From Spizellomyces punctatus DAOM BR117 (lineage: Eukaryota), in assembly GCA_000182565.2 (NCBI GenBank), contig KQ257463.1: a stretch of 64,000 nucleotides of DNA. The stretch is one strand, 5' to 3'. A model generated the notes under the pieces. It did not search any database, was not told where the DNA came from, and was given only the letters and a program-made list of their open reading frames with translations. The position numbers and the translations under genes are program-made. Shown here piece by piece: positions 47,807 through 59,918 of the stretch. The number at the start of each line of letters is the position of its first letter. The first letter of the stretch is position 1.

Positions 47807-49670
47807 TTATTGTTGTTTACACTCCTGTGGCTTCTCCGTGGAAGTAGTGCCAACCGCCTGACAGTAATCTTTCAGTGCAAAGCTCCACACACGTGAATAG
47901 CTTCCATCATACCTGAGTACCATCATCGTCGTCATCCTCCACATCATCTATATGGAATGTAAGACATTTAGCAAGTACCGGAACGAGACTGCAATCTCCA
48001 GATCTCACTCACCGTCATCACCATCATCATCATCATCCTCTCCAGGATACCATTCTTCGATATCATCTGGAAATGACTTGAGTTCCTTCGCTGTTGGTGT
48101 CGGTCAAATCAAGAGCTCAGTTCACCTTCATCAAACTCTCCTTCTTCGTACTCCAGAGCCTTCCCAGTAAACCAATCGATCGCCCGGGGGATCAATTTCT
48201 CCTTGACAATTTCACCGACTTCATAATCGGCTTCGAGTTTAGCATCCAGTTCATGAAGCTTATCAAACATGTTAAGGGACTTTCGCCAACTATATAGTAA
48301 AGACGGACTGACGGATTTTCTCACCTCTTCATCGTCCGCCTCTTCGTCATCCACAGGTCCCTTTGGGGGATTAAAAAATTGGAAGAAAGTTTCCGCTGGT
48401 ACTGTCTTCTTGACGGTACGAGTCTTGTTGTCCCTATTTACAGCCATCAATACACAACCGCTTGGCTTGATATGCCAANNNNNNNNNNNNNNNNNNNNNN
48501 NNNNNNNNNNNNNNNNNNNNNNNNNNNNNNNNNNNNNNNNNNNNNNNNNNNNNNNNNNNNNNNNNNNNNNNNNNNNNNAGCGATCAGTCGCGTGATATCC
48601 GAACTGAGTAGTGGAGAAAAATCATACCATAGGCGGCATCGGGAGAGTTCTCGAGAAAATAGGTCTTTGTCAGGATGGAATCGGTGAAATATTCATTTTC
48701 GTCAAAGATGAATTCCAGTTTGAAGCCCTATTGACACCATCATGTATTAAATGCTAGTTCATTCGTTCACATTTCAGACATGAATATGAAAGCTTCATAC
48801 CGGGTTGTTGTCTAGATAACCGACTTTTATGTCTTTCAAGGTCTTTAGGGCATCCTCATCCCTATCAGTGATCAGATCGGCAATCGTCGGCTGATTCTTG
48901 AAGGCAGTCAACCAGAATTCAGGGATCCCAGGAACTCTTTCGGACGGCTGGCCCTCGGGCTTCTCATCTCCTTCCTTCAGTCGTAAGCATAAGATAGTGT
49001 TGATTAATTATGCAAAACATTGAGAAACTATACCGGTGCCTTCTCGGGTACTTCCACTTGTCGTTCACATTCCTCATCAGAGGGCTCCACTTGTCCTGTA
49101 ATGATATCGCGCCTCTACCAGAGTTTCAGTACTCAGTTACATTTGGTAGAAAAATGGAAAGGTAATCGGAAACCATTCACCTTCTCATAAAGAGGTTGAT
49201 ACTTAGTCAGATATTTCTTTTCGAGAGCAAGAACTTCCTCTCGAAAGGCCGCCTCAATCGCCGTATGCTTATCCTGAAGATCACATTTGCTTAGTGACGA
49301 ATACTACCTTCAAACTACTTAAAATTGTTTGACACACCTGCAGATTCTGAAGAGCGTTCAAGCGCCGCTTGACCTCAGCGGGAAGCGAGTCTATATAACC
49401 AGACGGCCGACCAACGAGTGAGTCCAGTCGATTCTACGCAGGTAAGCAGCGTGAGTCAGAACACCGCCATGTCCAGAGAGAAATGTGCGGAATGTGGACG
49501 TACCTGAAGTGCCCCGAGCAACGCTGGGTTCTGGAAAACGTTACCCGCTGGCACACCTGTTTGAGATGTAGAGTGAGTACCAATCAGGTTGAATAGTAGT
49601 CAAGTCTGTTTCTCCTTTAATAGTATGATAGGTTGTGAAGGGTTCGACTCTTACTTGTTTCCTCACTCAT
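47807..49670 (-). CDS. NAP1: Nucleosome assembly protein 1, multi-exon, spans the gap
   Basis: [42 protein letters not shown], acidic tail, C-terminal CKQQ. Confidence 0.93.
48479..48578. other. Assembly gap (100 N)
   Basis: Run of N. Confidence 0.99.
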
Positions 49671-50555
49671 TTTTAGTGGTGTGCAAAGGAATGTGATCTC
49701 AACAAAGGGGATTTTCGCAAGGTGGAAGAGCAACCCTTGAACTTGTTGCCATACCAACAGCACGTGTGGGTCATGTGATAGTATCTCGAAAGTGCCTTCG
49801 CTTCCTGGTGGGTTGGCGGTGGAGGACGGATTGCACAAGGCTGGGCAGTCATGCCGTAAAGTTCTACCTTGGTGCATCAACTCAGGCCGATTGGCGATAT
49901 CACGGATATTCATATGGCAACATATAAATGTGTTTTCATCTGGTGCCGTGCATGCGGGGGGGGGGGGTTGTAGTAACGATTGCCAAACTGATGGAAGTTT
50001 GCCCTGCTACGGTTTGAAACAAAGCGAGTTGGTGGGACAGGAGGACTTCAGTCCGGGTAGGGCATAGTTGTAAAAAATGCTGTACCAATTACTATTAAAT
50101 ATAATAGAGTTAGAAAGCTGAGCCGCAAGGTAACAGTGCGATCTAATTAACAGGCGGGCATCATCCTTTATGAGCTACTTGCAATCATTGCCCCTGATTG
50201 TAGGTAGGTAGGTGGTGGGTCATGATTATGATTTTGACTACATCAGTGGCCTGCTGACCCCGTCTCTCAAGCATTGGAAATATGTCGTCCAACATGGCAG
50301 GCTGTTCACCTGATTCTCGGTAGCCTGCATCAAGTATGCTTTGTTCAAGCCGTTTCTACGACGAGTTTCTTTGCATGGGATGATGAAATCCGACAAATCT
50401 AGTAACATGTTAGTTAGCATCGGGGCGTGCTGTGTTGGGTCTTGTATGGGGGTACAGCGACTTTTTGTAGTGACGTTGCGAAAGTCACCTGATCCAAAGG
50501 AATTGGAGGATCGTACAGATTTGGCATTCCTGGCCATGATCAATTTCACTAGGCA

Positions 50556-51887
50556 ATGGATGACCTGTTGAGACAAATCAAAGCTGTCGAAAGGGCGGGA
50601 GTAGAAAAGCCCTGGGCAGATTTGCTACCTGTTCTTAAGGCGGCTAGCTCTGCGGTATTGTGCTCATGTACCGTTGATGGCCAGGACCCACTCGACCTTT
50701 TAAACCCGAAAGACCACAGCCTTGCTTACCTCTTCATCCTAGTCGCGCGCATGAAGGCGACCAATGCTGATGGAGGGGTTCTACTGCAAGCCGCAATGCG
50801 CTTTGCTGAACAGTTTGAACGCGATCAGGTTCTTTTGGCGCCAGAGCAAATGACTGCTTACGGGGAAGCCACAGCCCGCCTGGCCGACAAGATTGATCGA
50901 CCCATAAGTTCAGTGCGTCCAATACAAATTGCTTGTATCAGATGGTCGGGTTCGAAAGGAAATCACCTTACGTCGCTACATCGTATGGTTTTGAAGTGCT
51001 GCCTACTTGCAAAAACGTATCGTGCTGCACTTCCTGTATTGGATCGGGATATAACTGAAATAGATCCTCAATCCTACGACCTGAAATACCAGGACTTCTT
51101 ATTGCATTACTACTACGGAGGCATGATTTATGTCGGATTGAAGCGTTTCGAGCGGGCACTTCAGTGCTTCCATCTGTGTCTCACGGCGCCTGGATTCGTT
51201 GCGTCCGCAATACAGGTCGAAGCCCATCGAAAGTACATCTTGGTATCTCTCATCTTGCACGGAAGAAGTGAGCCTTTGCCAAAGTATACAAATTCGGCCG
51301 TTTTTCGAGCATGCAAGCAGTATGGCGCAGCCTACCTCGATTTTGCGCATGCGTACGAATCGCTCAACTTTACCCGGATAGAGACTGAATTCAGGAAGAG
51401 CGAGCAGCAATTTGAAATCCACGGCAATCGGGGCCTTGTCATGCAGTCCATGACAGCGCTGGTTCGTCGCAACATCCAGCAATTGACGCAGACATATTTG
51501 ACATTATCGCTATCAGACATCGCAAAGTCGGTAAAACTTTCCGGGGCAGCAGAGGCCGAGCGTATCGTTCTGCAGATGATTGAGGATGGGGAGGTATTTG
51601 CAACAATCAACCAATGTAGCGGGGGAATGGTGTCGTTCCGAGATGCACCAGAGACCTATAAAGCTATCGAAACCATGCGAAGGCTGAAGGGAGAAGTAAC
51701 GCAGGCTATTGATCTTGGGGAGCGAGTAATTAGAATGGATCGAGCCCTTGGTCTGTCCAAAGACTTCCTCTCAAAGATCCTTCATGGCGAACGAGGCCAA
51801 GGTGCGAATATTGGGACCGCGGATGACGACATGTTTGGGGATGATTCCATAGGAGAGTATTGGGCCGGAAATCGAGGGGGGGCTTAG
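50556..51887 (+). CDS. CSN3: COP9 signalosome subunit 3 (PCI domain), intronless
   Basis: HSLAYLFIL, LTSLH, YYYGGMIY, SAIQVEAHRKYILVSLIL, IQQLTQTYLTLSLSDIA. Confidence 0.92.
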   Translation: MDDLLRQIKAVERAGVEKPWADLLPVLKAASSAVLCSCTVDGQDPLDLLNPKDHSLAYLFILVARMKATNADGGVLLQAAMRFAEQFERDQVLLAPEQMTAYGEATARLADKIDRPISSVRPIQIACIRWSGSKGNHLTSLHRMVLKCCLLAKTYRAALPVLDRDITEIDPQSYDLKYQDFLLHYYYGGMIYVGLKRFERALQCFHLCLTAPGFVASAIQVEAHRKYILVSLILHGRSEPLPKYTNSAVFRACKQYGAAYLDFAHAYESLNFTRIETEFRKSEQQFEIHGNRGLVMQSMTALVRRNIQQLTQTYLTLSLSDIAKSVKLSGAAEAERIVLQMIEDGEVFATINQCSGGMVSFRDAPETYKAIETMRRLKGEVTQAIDLGERVIRMDRALGLSKDFLSKILHGERGQGANIGTADDDMFGDDSIGEYWAGNRGGA

Positions 51888-52231
51888 AAGCTCCTCATGT
51901 ATATATCAATACATACATTTCTTTTAAAACAGAGTATGTATAGAGGGAGATCTCCATTATGACTACAATTGGCTGAAAGGACGTAAACCAGTCTGGTATT
52001 ATGACAAATGACCTATCTCAAGCTTCTAGGATGAAATAGGGAGCCCATATTGCATAGTTCACCACCGCAGACAGCTCATGCGAACCTTCGGTTGTACCCG
52101 GTCAGACTTCCGAAGTGAGCGCTTGCGATATTGCCATCCGGAGACTGTTCAACATCCTATTTAGCGGGTATACGCTTCGCTCCAATACACATCCGCATGT
52201 ACTAGCGGACCCATTTAGCATGCATATGACC

Positions 52232-52417
52232 TCACGCATCTCCCCTGGCGTCCGAGTTTGTCGCCCCCCAATACTGCTTCAAGTAAGGCTCGAAGACGTA
52301 AGCTCCAGTAAAGGCTGACACGACACCAACAAGAACGTAAACTTTTAGGGATACCGATCCCGTCCGCTGCGGAATTATGGAGTTGAGGAGAGGCTCCCGT
52401 GGACGCACTAGACGCAT
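52232..52417 (-). CDS. Small single-TM protein, PIGBOS1/Ecm19-like
   Basis: 61-aa ORF with VLVGVVSAFTGAYVFEPYLKQY. Confidence 0.5.
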   Translation of the reverse strand: MRLVRPREPLLNSIIPQRTGSVSLKVYVLVGVVSAFTGAYVFEPYLKQYWGATNSDARGDA

Positions 52418-52620
52418 TTTGCAAATCAAAACTTCAAGGCGAACAAACTCTAAGCTGCCAGCTGCTTTTCCAATTTCATTTATATCCCTGTTGCCATGAC
52501 AATGAACGTCGACCTAGCCAATGGGTCAAATACCAAAAGCATTTGCGCAAACGTTTCTAAGAACACTACAGTGCAAGCGCGACTAACTTCGCGAAAACGT
52601 CCAGCGCTTTTGATTGCTAT

Positions 52621-55600
52621 TTACAGATATACTTGGCGGATATCCTGTTGTGCAAACGCTATTCCGCAGGTAGGGCACTTCCGCTGGCGGGACGTCCACA
52701 TGTCATCGATGCAATCCTTGCTAGTTACAAAAACATATTCTCACGTTATTTGGGCCCATGAATGAAAATGACAGATCTTCTGTGCTCTTACCAGAATGTG
52801 TGCATGCATTTATTTAACACATGACTTTTGAAGTTATTATTGCAACTGCTGCACTTCAGCAAGAGCTGGTAATCCGAAAATCGAAAATCAGTGAAGTTCA
52901 CAAATAAAATACGATACAGACCACCAGTACCTTATACTCTTCAATTTGTCGCATCAAGTTTGTGTCGGGCGTAGTCTCGGACTTCGTGTATTTATCCAGT
53001 CTTCGCTGTAAGATTTCAACCTCCTCTCGGGCTTTTCTATGTTCTTCGGCCGTGTTCTCAAGGAGAGTGATTTTCTTTTTCAGTGCGCTGGTTGCCTTAA
53101 AGCAGTCGAAGTGCGGAAATATATCATGAATCCCCTATTACAGAGCAACATTCTCGTCTAATGTGACCTACATTGTCATACTTCGCAGACCATCGCTGCT
53201 CTTTATCCTTCAATCCAGCAACTTCACGTATGAGGTCTCCACATCGTCTCTGTTGCTGATCGCCTGCGATGCTTTTTGCTGCTAATTCTTTCTCTCGTGC
53301 TTGCTGTAAAACCTCGATTATTAAAAAAATTTGGAGACATCAGGAAGCATAAGCATAGTCACTAACCAGTTGCTGCGACAGGGCCTTTTCGCGCTGTTCA
53401 AGAATTCGTATTTGCTCCAGTTGCTTATCAGACTGCCGTTTTAATGCTATCCCAAGGTTGTTATAGGTTGTGCTTTGCTTCGTAAGCATCGCACATTTTT
53501 GATCGTATTTCGTTTTCTGGCGTTGCCTGGAATTAGCACTGAGCACTAGCAGCGGACAGGACTGGCTTGATTTCATACCTCAGCCATCAGTCGAAGGATA
53601 TGGTCTTCTTTCTGCGCTAAGTTGAGCACCTTCCGCGAGTTTTGATCCTCCAACTCAGCCCACGCCTTACCAAGCGTTTCGATTTCCGATAATAACCGGG
53701 ATTCGGTCTGAAAGGCACTTTTGAGGAAACGCAGCTGCTTGAGAGTTTGCAAGGTAACACTTACTTTTTCATAGTATTCAATCTTTCCTTGCAATTTCTC
53801 GAGCAATGCATCTTTTTCATGTAATTTTGCAACCAGATGCCCCGCGGCGTCGTCTGAGTCTGGAAGGGTTCCGAAACATCGTTCATATGACTCTAGCTGG
53901 CGTTGCGCGCTCTCCAATTCTCTTCTTGCTTGCCGCTCCGAAAGCATTATCTGCTGACGTTCTACAACACTTTCGGAAGCGTCCTGATACGAATTAACGG
54001 TATCCTCAAGGCTTTTGATTTTATTCTCTGCAGCGCTTCATAACGCGGAATAATTTACATTTTGGATAAACCGGGAAGTAAGGATAAGGCGAAACAAAGT
54101 ACTTACCGCAGTTTTTGCCGCAAATCCTCCAACGGATTTCCGTCTGTCGCTTCTTCGAAAAAGCGCAACAAAGCTTGATCTCCCATATCGGCTGCAATTT
54201 GCATCTTCAGCCTTTGAAGGTCTGCCTCTAGACACACGATTCGATCCTATGATCACTCTTGAGTTGGACACGCTATAAATCTTCTGTCTGTACCCTCATT
54301 ACCTTTCTGGTGTTGGCAATCACGCGGATTTCCTGCATTTGCACGATTTCAACCTCATCCTTTGAACATCGCAGATCCAGAGCATGTTGCAAATGATCAC
54401 GATTCCCGCGAATGCGCGTTAGGTCGCCCTCCAGCTTGCGCATTTCTGTCTCCAACACCTTACGACGTGAACTCTCCTCATTCTAGCATATTAGGGAAGA
54501 GACGTAAGCGTTGCGAAAAGCACTAGAAAGTACGAGAATATTCGAAATGATTCCGACCTCCAACTCTTCAGTGAACTTTCGTCTCTCGCTCCTCAGTTCC
54601 TCAACTTCCCTACTTAGCTTCTCTAATCGAGTTTTGATAATCTCATTCTCATTGACATGATATTTATACTCTTCCTCCAAATTTTTATAAATAGGAGAGT
54701 CCCGTATTCTGTCATCTGAAAAAATACCGTTTGCAACCTAAGGAAAGGCTGTTAATTCAAGGAGAGGAGAGAAACATAACCTGCATTTGTGCATACCTGT
54801 AGTCGCAATTGTTCGAGCTCATGCATCAGTTGACCTTTCTCAGCCCGGATTCGCTGAATGTCAGCAAGTCGGATCTCTGCCACCATCGAAGCAGAATCGG
54901 CTTCTTCTTCGCACTGGTAGAAAACGGTTAGAAATCTTCGGTAGCGATCACTCAGCCCATCAAATCTGTAATTACTTTTCTTGGGGGAGAGCACATTTCG
55001 CTTTCAATTTTTATATCCTCCTTCACAATTGCTGCCGGTTCGGTTTTCGACCGATCCAGCTTTCGCTCAACGCTTGACAGACGATCCCTAGCTACACTAA
55101 GTTCGTTCTGCAAGTGACGAGTTTCCCTTTTTCGCAACGTCAAGTCGCCTCGTAAGGCGGAAACCTGTGATGCCAATGTTGTGAGCCAGTGACGACGTTC
55201 TGGTGGCCCTCACCAAAGACTACCTCGAAAGTCAATTGTTCACATCGTGCCTGCAGATTGTCGACCTTAGCACGCTCAGCACGCAATTGTTCAGAATCAC
55301 TCATGTTACGGGAATCTGAATCTGGAATTGTAATTCTAACTATGAACAAGAAATATATACTAACTGTAATAAACATCTACATGCTACTTACCATGTGAAG
55401 ATGCCAGAATAGCAGCTGCGGAATCGATTCCTCTTAACAGATCTTGCAGCAGATTTCTTATGGAAACCCACTGTTCCCGCATTGTATTGTCAATCCCTTC
55501 AATTGAAATTTCGGGATCTGCCAACTGTTTCAGCAATTCTGAACCGTATATATCTGTAAGTTCCTATCATCAGTGGATCTTGCCATTTGTCACGATAGGC

Positions 55601-56256
55601 ATGTCTGCGACCCTACCATCAGTTTGGTATTTTCGGATCTCCTCGCCCCTCAACGATGAGTTCATCCGATCTCGAAAGTGTAGCAGATCTTCAAATACCT
55701 TACATGTGAGTGCCCTCATGAGATGCCATGATTATAACACGTCGCGAAGCTCTAACCATCTCCACCATACCTTGGTACAGTAAGTGTTTACATGTACTAA
55801 TGTGGATTCAAACGTCTTCTCCTTCTGCTCGAAAGCCGTAAGTCGTTCCGCTGCTCGCTCATATCTACGTTTGTAAAACTGCATTTGACGCCAAATTGCC
55901 TTCTTTTGATATGCCAAAACGCCCGATCCGGGTATATCGCCGTCCGCATCTTCCTGATGAACAATTTCTGTCAAGAAAAGCAAAGCCAAGGATCTAGGCA
56001 ACTTACGTGCCCGACGAACTATTACCATATCCATTTCCAGTGCAGTCCCACTAGATACTGGCTGACGTGATACATTTCCATCATAATTACTCAACCTGAC
56101 CGGTCGGCCCGAACTGAGCTCGTCATTGCTGGGACCTATATACAGAGAACTGGCCGTATCGCCAGTGTATTGTTTCTTGGAAGGATGAGCTGAGTCTTGG
56201 GAAAAATCCTCCTCTGCCCTGCGCTTGCGCTCTTCCGGGGTGTGGAAATCAGACAT
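52621..56256 (-). CDS. BRE1: H2B ubiquitin ligase Bre1, multi-exon
   Basis: YQKKAIWRQMQFYKR, long coiled coils, SEIETLGKAWAELEDQN, C-terminal RING ...CIDDMWTSRQRKCPTCGIAF...DIRQVYL. Confidence 0.9.
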
Positions 56257-56898
56257 GCAGCGCTGGAGGAGACTGTAGTGCAAATGCCAGCACTAGAAGT
56301 TTCCGGAAACAAGGCTATAAAGGCTTGTTGTACTGCTGTTTAGAAGAGACGGGACGGCAAAGTTCTGCAGTGATAGTACCTTGCTGATCACCGTCGGAGC
56401 CAAACTTCACGTCTTGGAAGTCCAGGTTGCTTAGCAACTGTAATGAAAGTCCAGTCAACTCTCACATTCATGCCATCCGATTCTAATAAAATTGACCTGC
56501 CCTCAAAAATGAACAGATCAGGTCCAGCCAAGTTGCCCGCTCCAAACTCTTCAAACATCTGGAGAGAATTGCTGAATCCGGGGAATGTGAAGATTGTTTT
56601 CCATGCCGGCGTGTAAGTAGCTTTTTAGGGCTGTTCGACAAGGCTGCGCATCAACTCATACCCCGACCTAGCTATACCGCTGCGGTCTGGTTATTCTCTC
56701 AGGCTGGAGACCTCCTCATGGTGTAAATGTGGAACATCTGCGCTGTGGAACACGTACGGTTATAAGAGGCGACTATAGCAAGTCAACGAGCCCTAGCCTG
56801 CGCCGTCGTGGGGTGATCTTTGCATGGGGTTGACAGCGATGGTCAAAACATTTTTATATAAGGAAATATATATCTCGGGCTTTTGTATGTGGGGCCCC

Positions 56899-58808
56899 TT
56901 AATGTGGGGACCTCTGTTTACGCAGAAGGCTTACCGTCCCCCTCTCTGGGATTTCCATGAGGGAAATTCGCTTTCGCAGATGGTCGATGTCTGCTCGCCT
57001 AATTTTGACCCGCAAAGAGGCTTCAACCAAATGATCTGCCTCGAGCTTGTCCCTAGGAAGGTGAAGTAGTAGGCTGAGTATCTCCGCGTTCGTCGGACAT
57101 TGCTTCAACAAGGTATCTGTATTGAGGAGCTCATTAGACCTTCCTTTCATAATCGGCTGGAGCTCCTTTACCTCTATTGACCCGTAATATGGCCAGACCA
57201 ATCCGAAATAATGGCTTGACTCCTGGAATGAGCATCCTCTGAATATAATGCCGGAGAATTTTATGTAGTGGTCAAAACGTTTGGCTCATACCCACCTTCG
57301 CAGTACAACATATCCCATACTCGGAGCACTGTATCCCAGGGCAATGTCGTTGTATATAGTGTCAGAAACCATTGTGTTATGTACATCAGAGGGGGAACTT
57401 CTTGCTTATCCTGTATCAACTGAGTGTTTACAACGTGTTGCCGATTCTCGAATCTGATCAAAACATCTTACCAGATGGACAGCCAATCGCTTGGATGTTT
57501 TATGAAGCAGAACCTCAAACACTGCCGCATCCATACGCAGCTGCAGAAGCACGGGTGTGAAAAAGTTTTTGAGGTGCTTTTCCAAGGTACTAACGAGCAA
57601 CCAAAAGCTTTCCTTCCTCCAAAAAGTGAGAGGCTAAGTGAGACTTGTAACAGAACTCTCCGCTACAGCACGCCCACTTACCTCAGGCGGCATGTGCATT
57701 AGCATCATCCCCGCCAGCATCCCCATCCCTTGGCAGTATCCGATCTCGGGATTGTAAACGGCGTACGCGCGCAAAACATTCCGTAGATTTGTTTGCCTAA
57801 ACAACTATCTGGATGAATAAAACCCTCAAAATCTCACCCATGAGGGGAAAAGTCAACCCGTACCCTTCGCCCCCTTCCTCCGCAAACATGCTATGTTCTA
57901 CGCGGATGATTGTTTAGACAGCGTAGATTCGAGTGCAAAGAAATTCTGTAACGGTACCTGGAAAGCATCGACTAATATCCCGTTCAATCACTTCGAACAA
58001 GGGAGAGTTTCCTTCGGCCAACAACCGCTAAATCGATGAGTGACAAAATCAGATCATAGTCAAGAGTTTAGGATGATGCACAAGCTTGATTTACCTCATA
58101 TATTCCTGGCTCTTTTAGTTTATCGCTTCCCGCCAGAGCGGTCCAAGCTTTTGCTCGTAGTGATTCCGGGATCCCGCTCCTGCCCAACTTCTTTATCTAA
58201 GAAAACCTTCTGCTTCAATTTTCACTGCAAGGGGAGAACTATAATTCGTGTAAGAAGACCTTGGATCGCTTTTTAGCAAACTGCTTATCCCAATGGGACA
58301 GAAGATCCAGCCACTGCTGCTCTTTGCTCCCAACGGAAACCTTCTGCTTGCCACTAGATGACGAACATAGGAGGTGTAAGCCCTACAGGTACTGCCAGTC
58401 TGATCCGTAAACAAGCAAGAACCTTTGCGCCATGCCTATTGCCGCTGAAGAGGGGTGGCTGTGATTCGTCGGGGAGGGGTCACGATAAAAGCCGTACTCG
58501 TCCACAGCCATTTTCTGTCGTCTTACAACTGTCTCTTGCCGGAGTAAGCTCATAGCAGAAGGCTCTTGCGCTGAATTAACTACAGGAGGGATTGCATGCA
58601 GTTGAGCACCGACTTCAGTTGGTACCCGACTGCTAGCATCGTCCATTGGAGTGCCACGATCTGAATGCGCATCGGCAGAAGGGGCCACCGACGATAGGTC
58701 GTCATCGCTGGTATCGCTCGCCTCATCGTGCATTCCATTTTCGCCACCATCCGAGGAAAGAGATCTTGGTAAAGGTATAAGCTCGGGACGAAAAGGCCCG
58801 GTGCTCAT
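56899..58808 (-). CDS. TBC-domain Rab GTPase-activating protein, multi-exon
   Basis: DEYGF, RKGIP, IERDISRCFP, YNPEIGYCQGM, QWFLTLY, LRVWD. Confidence 0.88.
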
Positions 58809-59140
58809 CCTTCTGACGAATGTGGAGGCACCCTGACTTTGTCCTTGGTCTTCAACAACTAGAAGACACTCAGGTCCGGGTCGCTGATACAAGCAGTTAT
58901 GATTTCAGCGTTTCTTCAGGCAACAACGAGTTTGTGATAAACTTCAGGATAATGTCTCGAATGCAGGTGGACGATGAACAGGTGCCAAATGGGTGAGACG
59001 GTGGGCGGAATAGCAAACCTGCCAGGCCATATGCCGTAAGCGCAGGTCACGTGATATACTGGATCATACGAGATGTCATTACGCGACACCTCGGCACACA
59101 TCGACGGTCAATTGTTGGTTGCGAGCCCGTGCAGGACAAG

Positions 59141-59697
59141 ATGGTGAGCATTTACTACCCGGAATCGAAAAGCTGAGAACTGAGTGGATGGTCTGTGGGA
59201 TGGATGGATGGATGGATGGATGGATGGATGGATGGATGGATGGTTGAATCATGTTTGACTGGTGGTCCCTATCAGTGGAGATGCGGGCTCTGAAAGGCAG
59301 CGACTGCTGACGGTTAGCAATGTAGCTATCCATATTGGGCTGAATATTGTATTGTCACCGAATACCACCCAGTACAACCTAACGCGTGGATGTGGGTGGA
59401 ACTTGCTTTGATTTGGGATGAAGGTTTGATGTTTTCAATCCTCACAAAGTTATTATTCAATTTCGCTTAGCCGTCCCACAAGACATTTCGCATCAAGCGT
59501 ATTTTGGGCAAGAAGATGAAACAAAACCGCCCTATTCCCAACTGGATACGCCTGCGAACTGACAACAAGATCAGGTATATATCGGCTGCTCAGTACATGA
59601 GTTTGCTCCGCCAGGACTTACAATACTATCGGTGTGCCAAATGATTAGATATAACGCCAAGCGTCGTCACTGGCGCCGAACCAAACTCAACCTCTAA
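59141..59697 (+). CDS. RPL39: 60S ribosomal protein L39 (ATG-only exon 59141-59143, exons 59471-59574 and 59649-59697)
   Basis: [59 protein letters not shown] donor inferred. Missing from the ORF track. Confidence 0.93.
59198..59243 (+). repeat. (GGAT)n microsatellite in RPL39 intron 1
   Basis: About 11 tetranucleotide units. Confidence 0.9.
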
Positions 59698-59918
59698 GTA
59701 GCCGCCGGTGTGGCCATTTGCGAAAAGATAGCATGCGGCGGATTCTCTTGATTTTGTGCGGTTGATGATGTGGGAAGATTCATGAAGTCATTCAAAACCC
59801 TTTTGTGTCGTGTTCAATCTAGAACACGGTATGCCAGCAGCTTGTTGCCTATTGTACAGTTTCTGCAACAGAATCCTATACCTCAGCCTTGATGACAAAG
59901 ATGCGGCAGCGTTTATAT

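Noticed and set aside
59250..59380. H/ACA snoRNA in RPL39 intron 1
   Set aside because: A hairpin ending in ACA is present, but I found no convincing H box; needs an Infernal/snoGPS search
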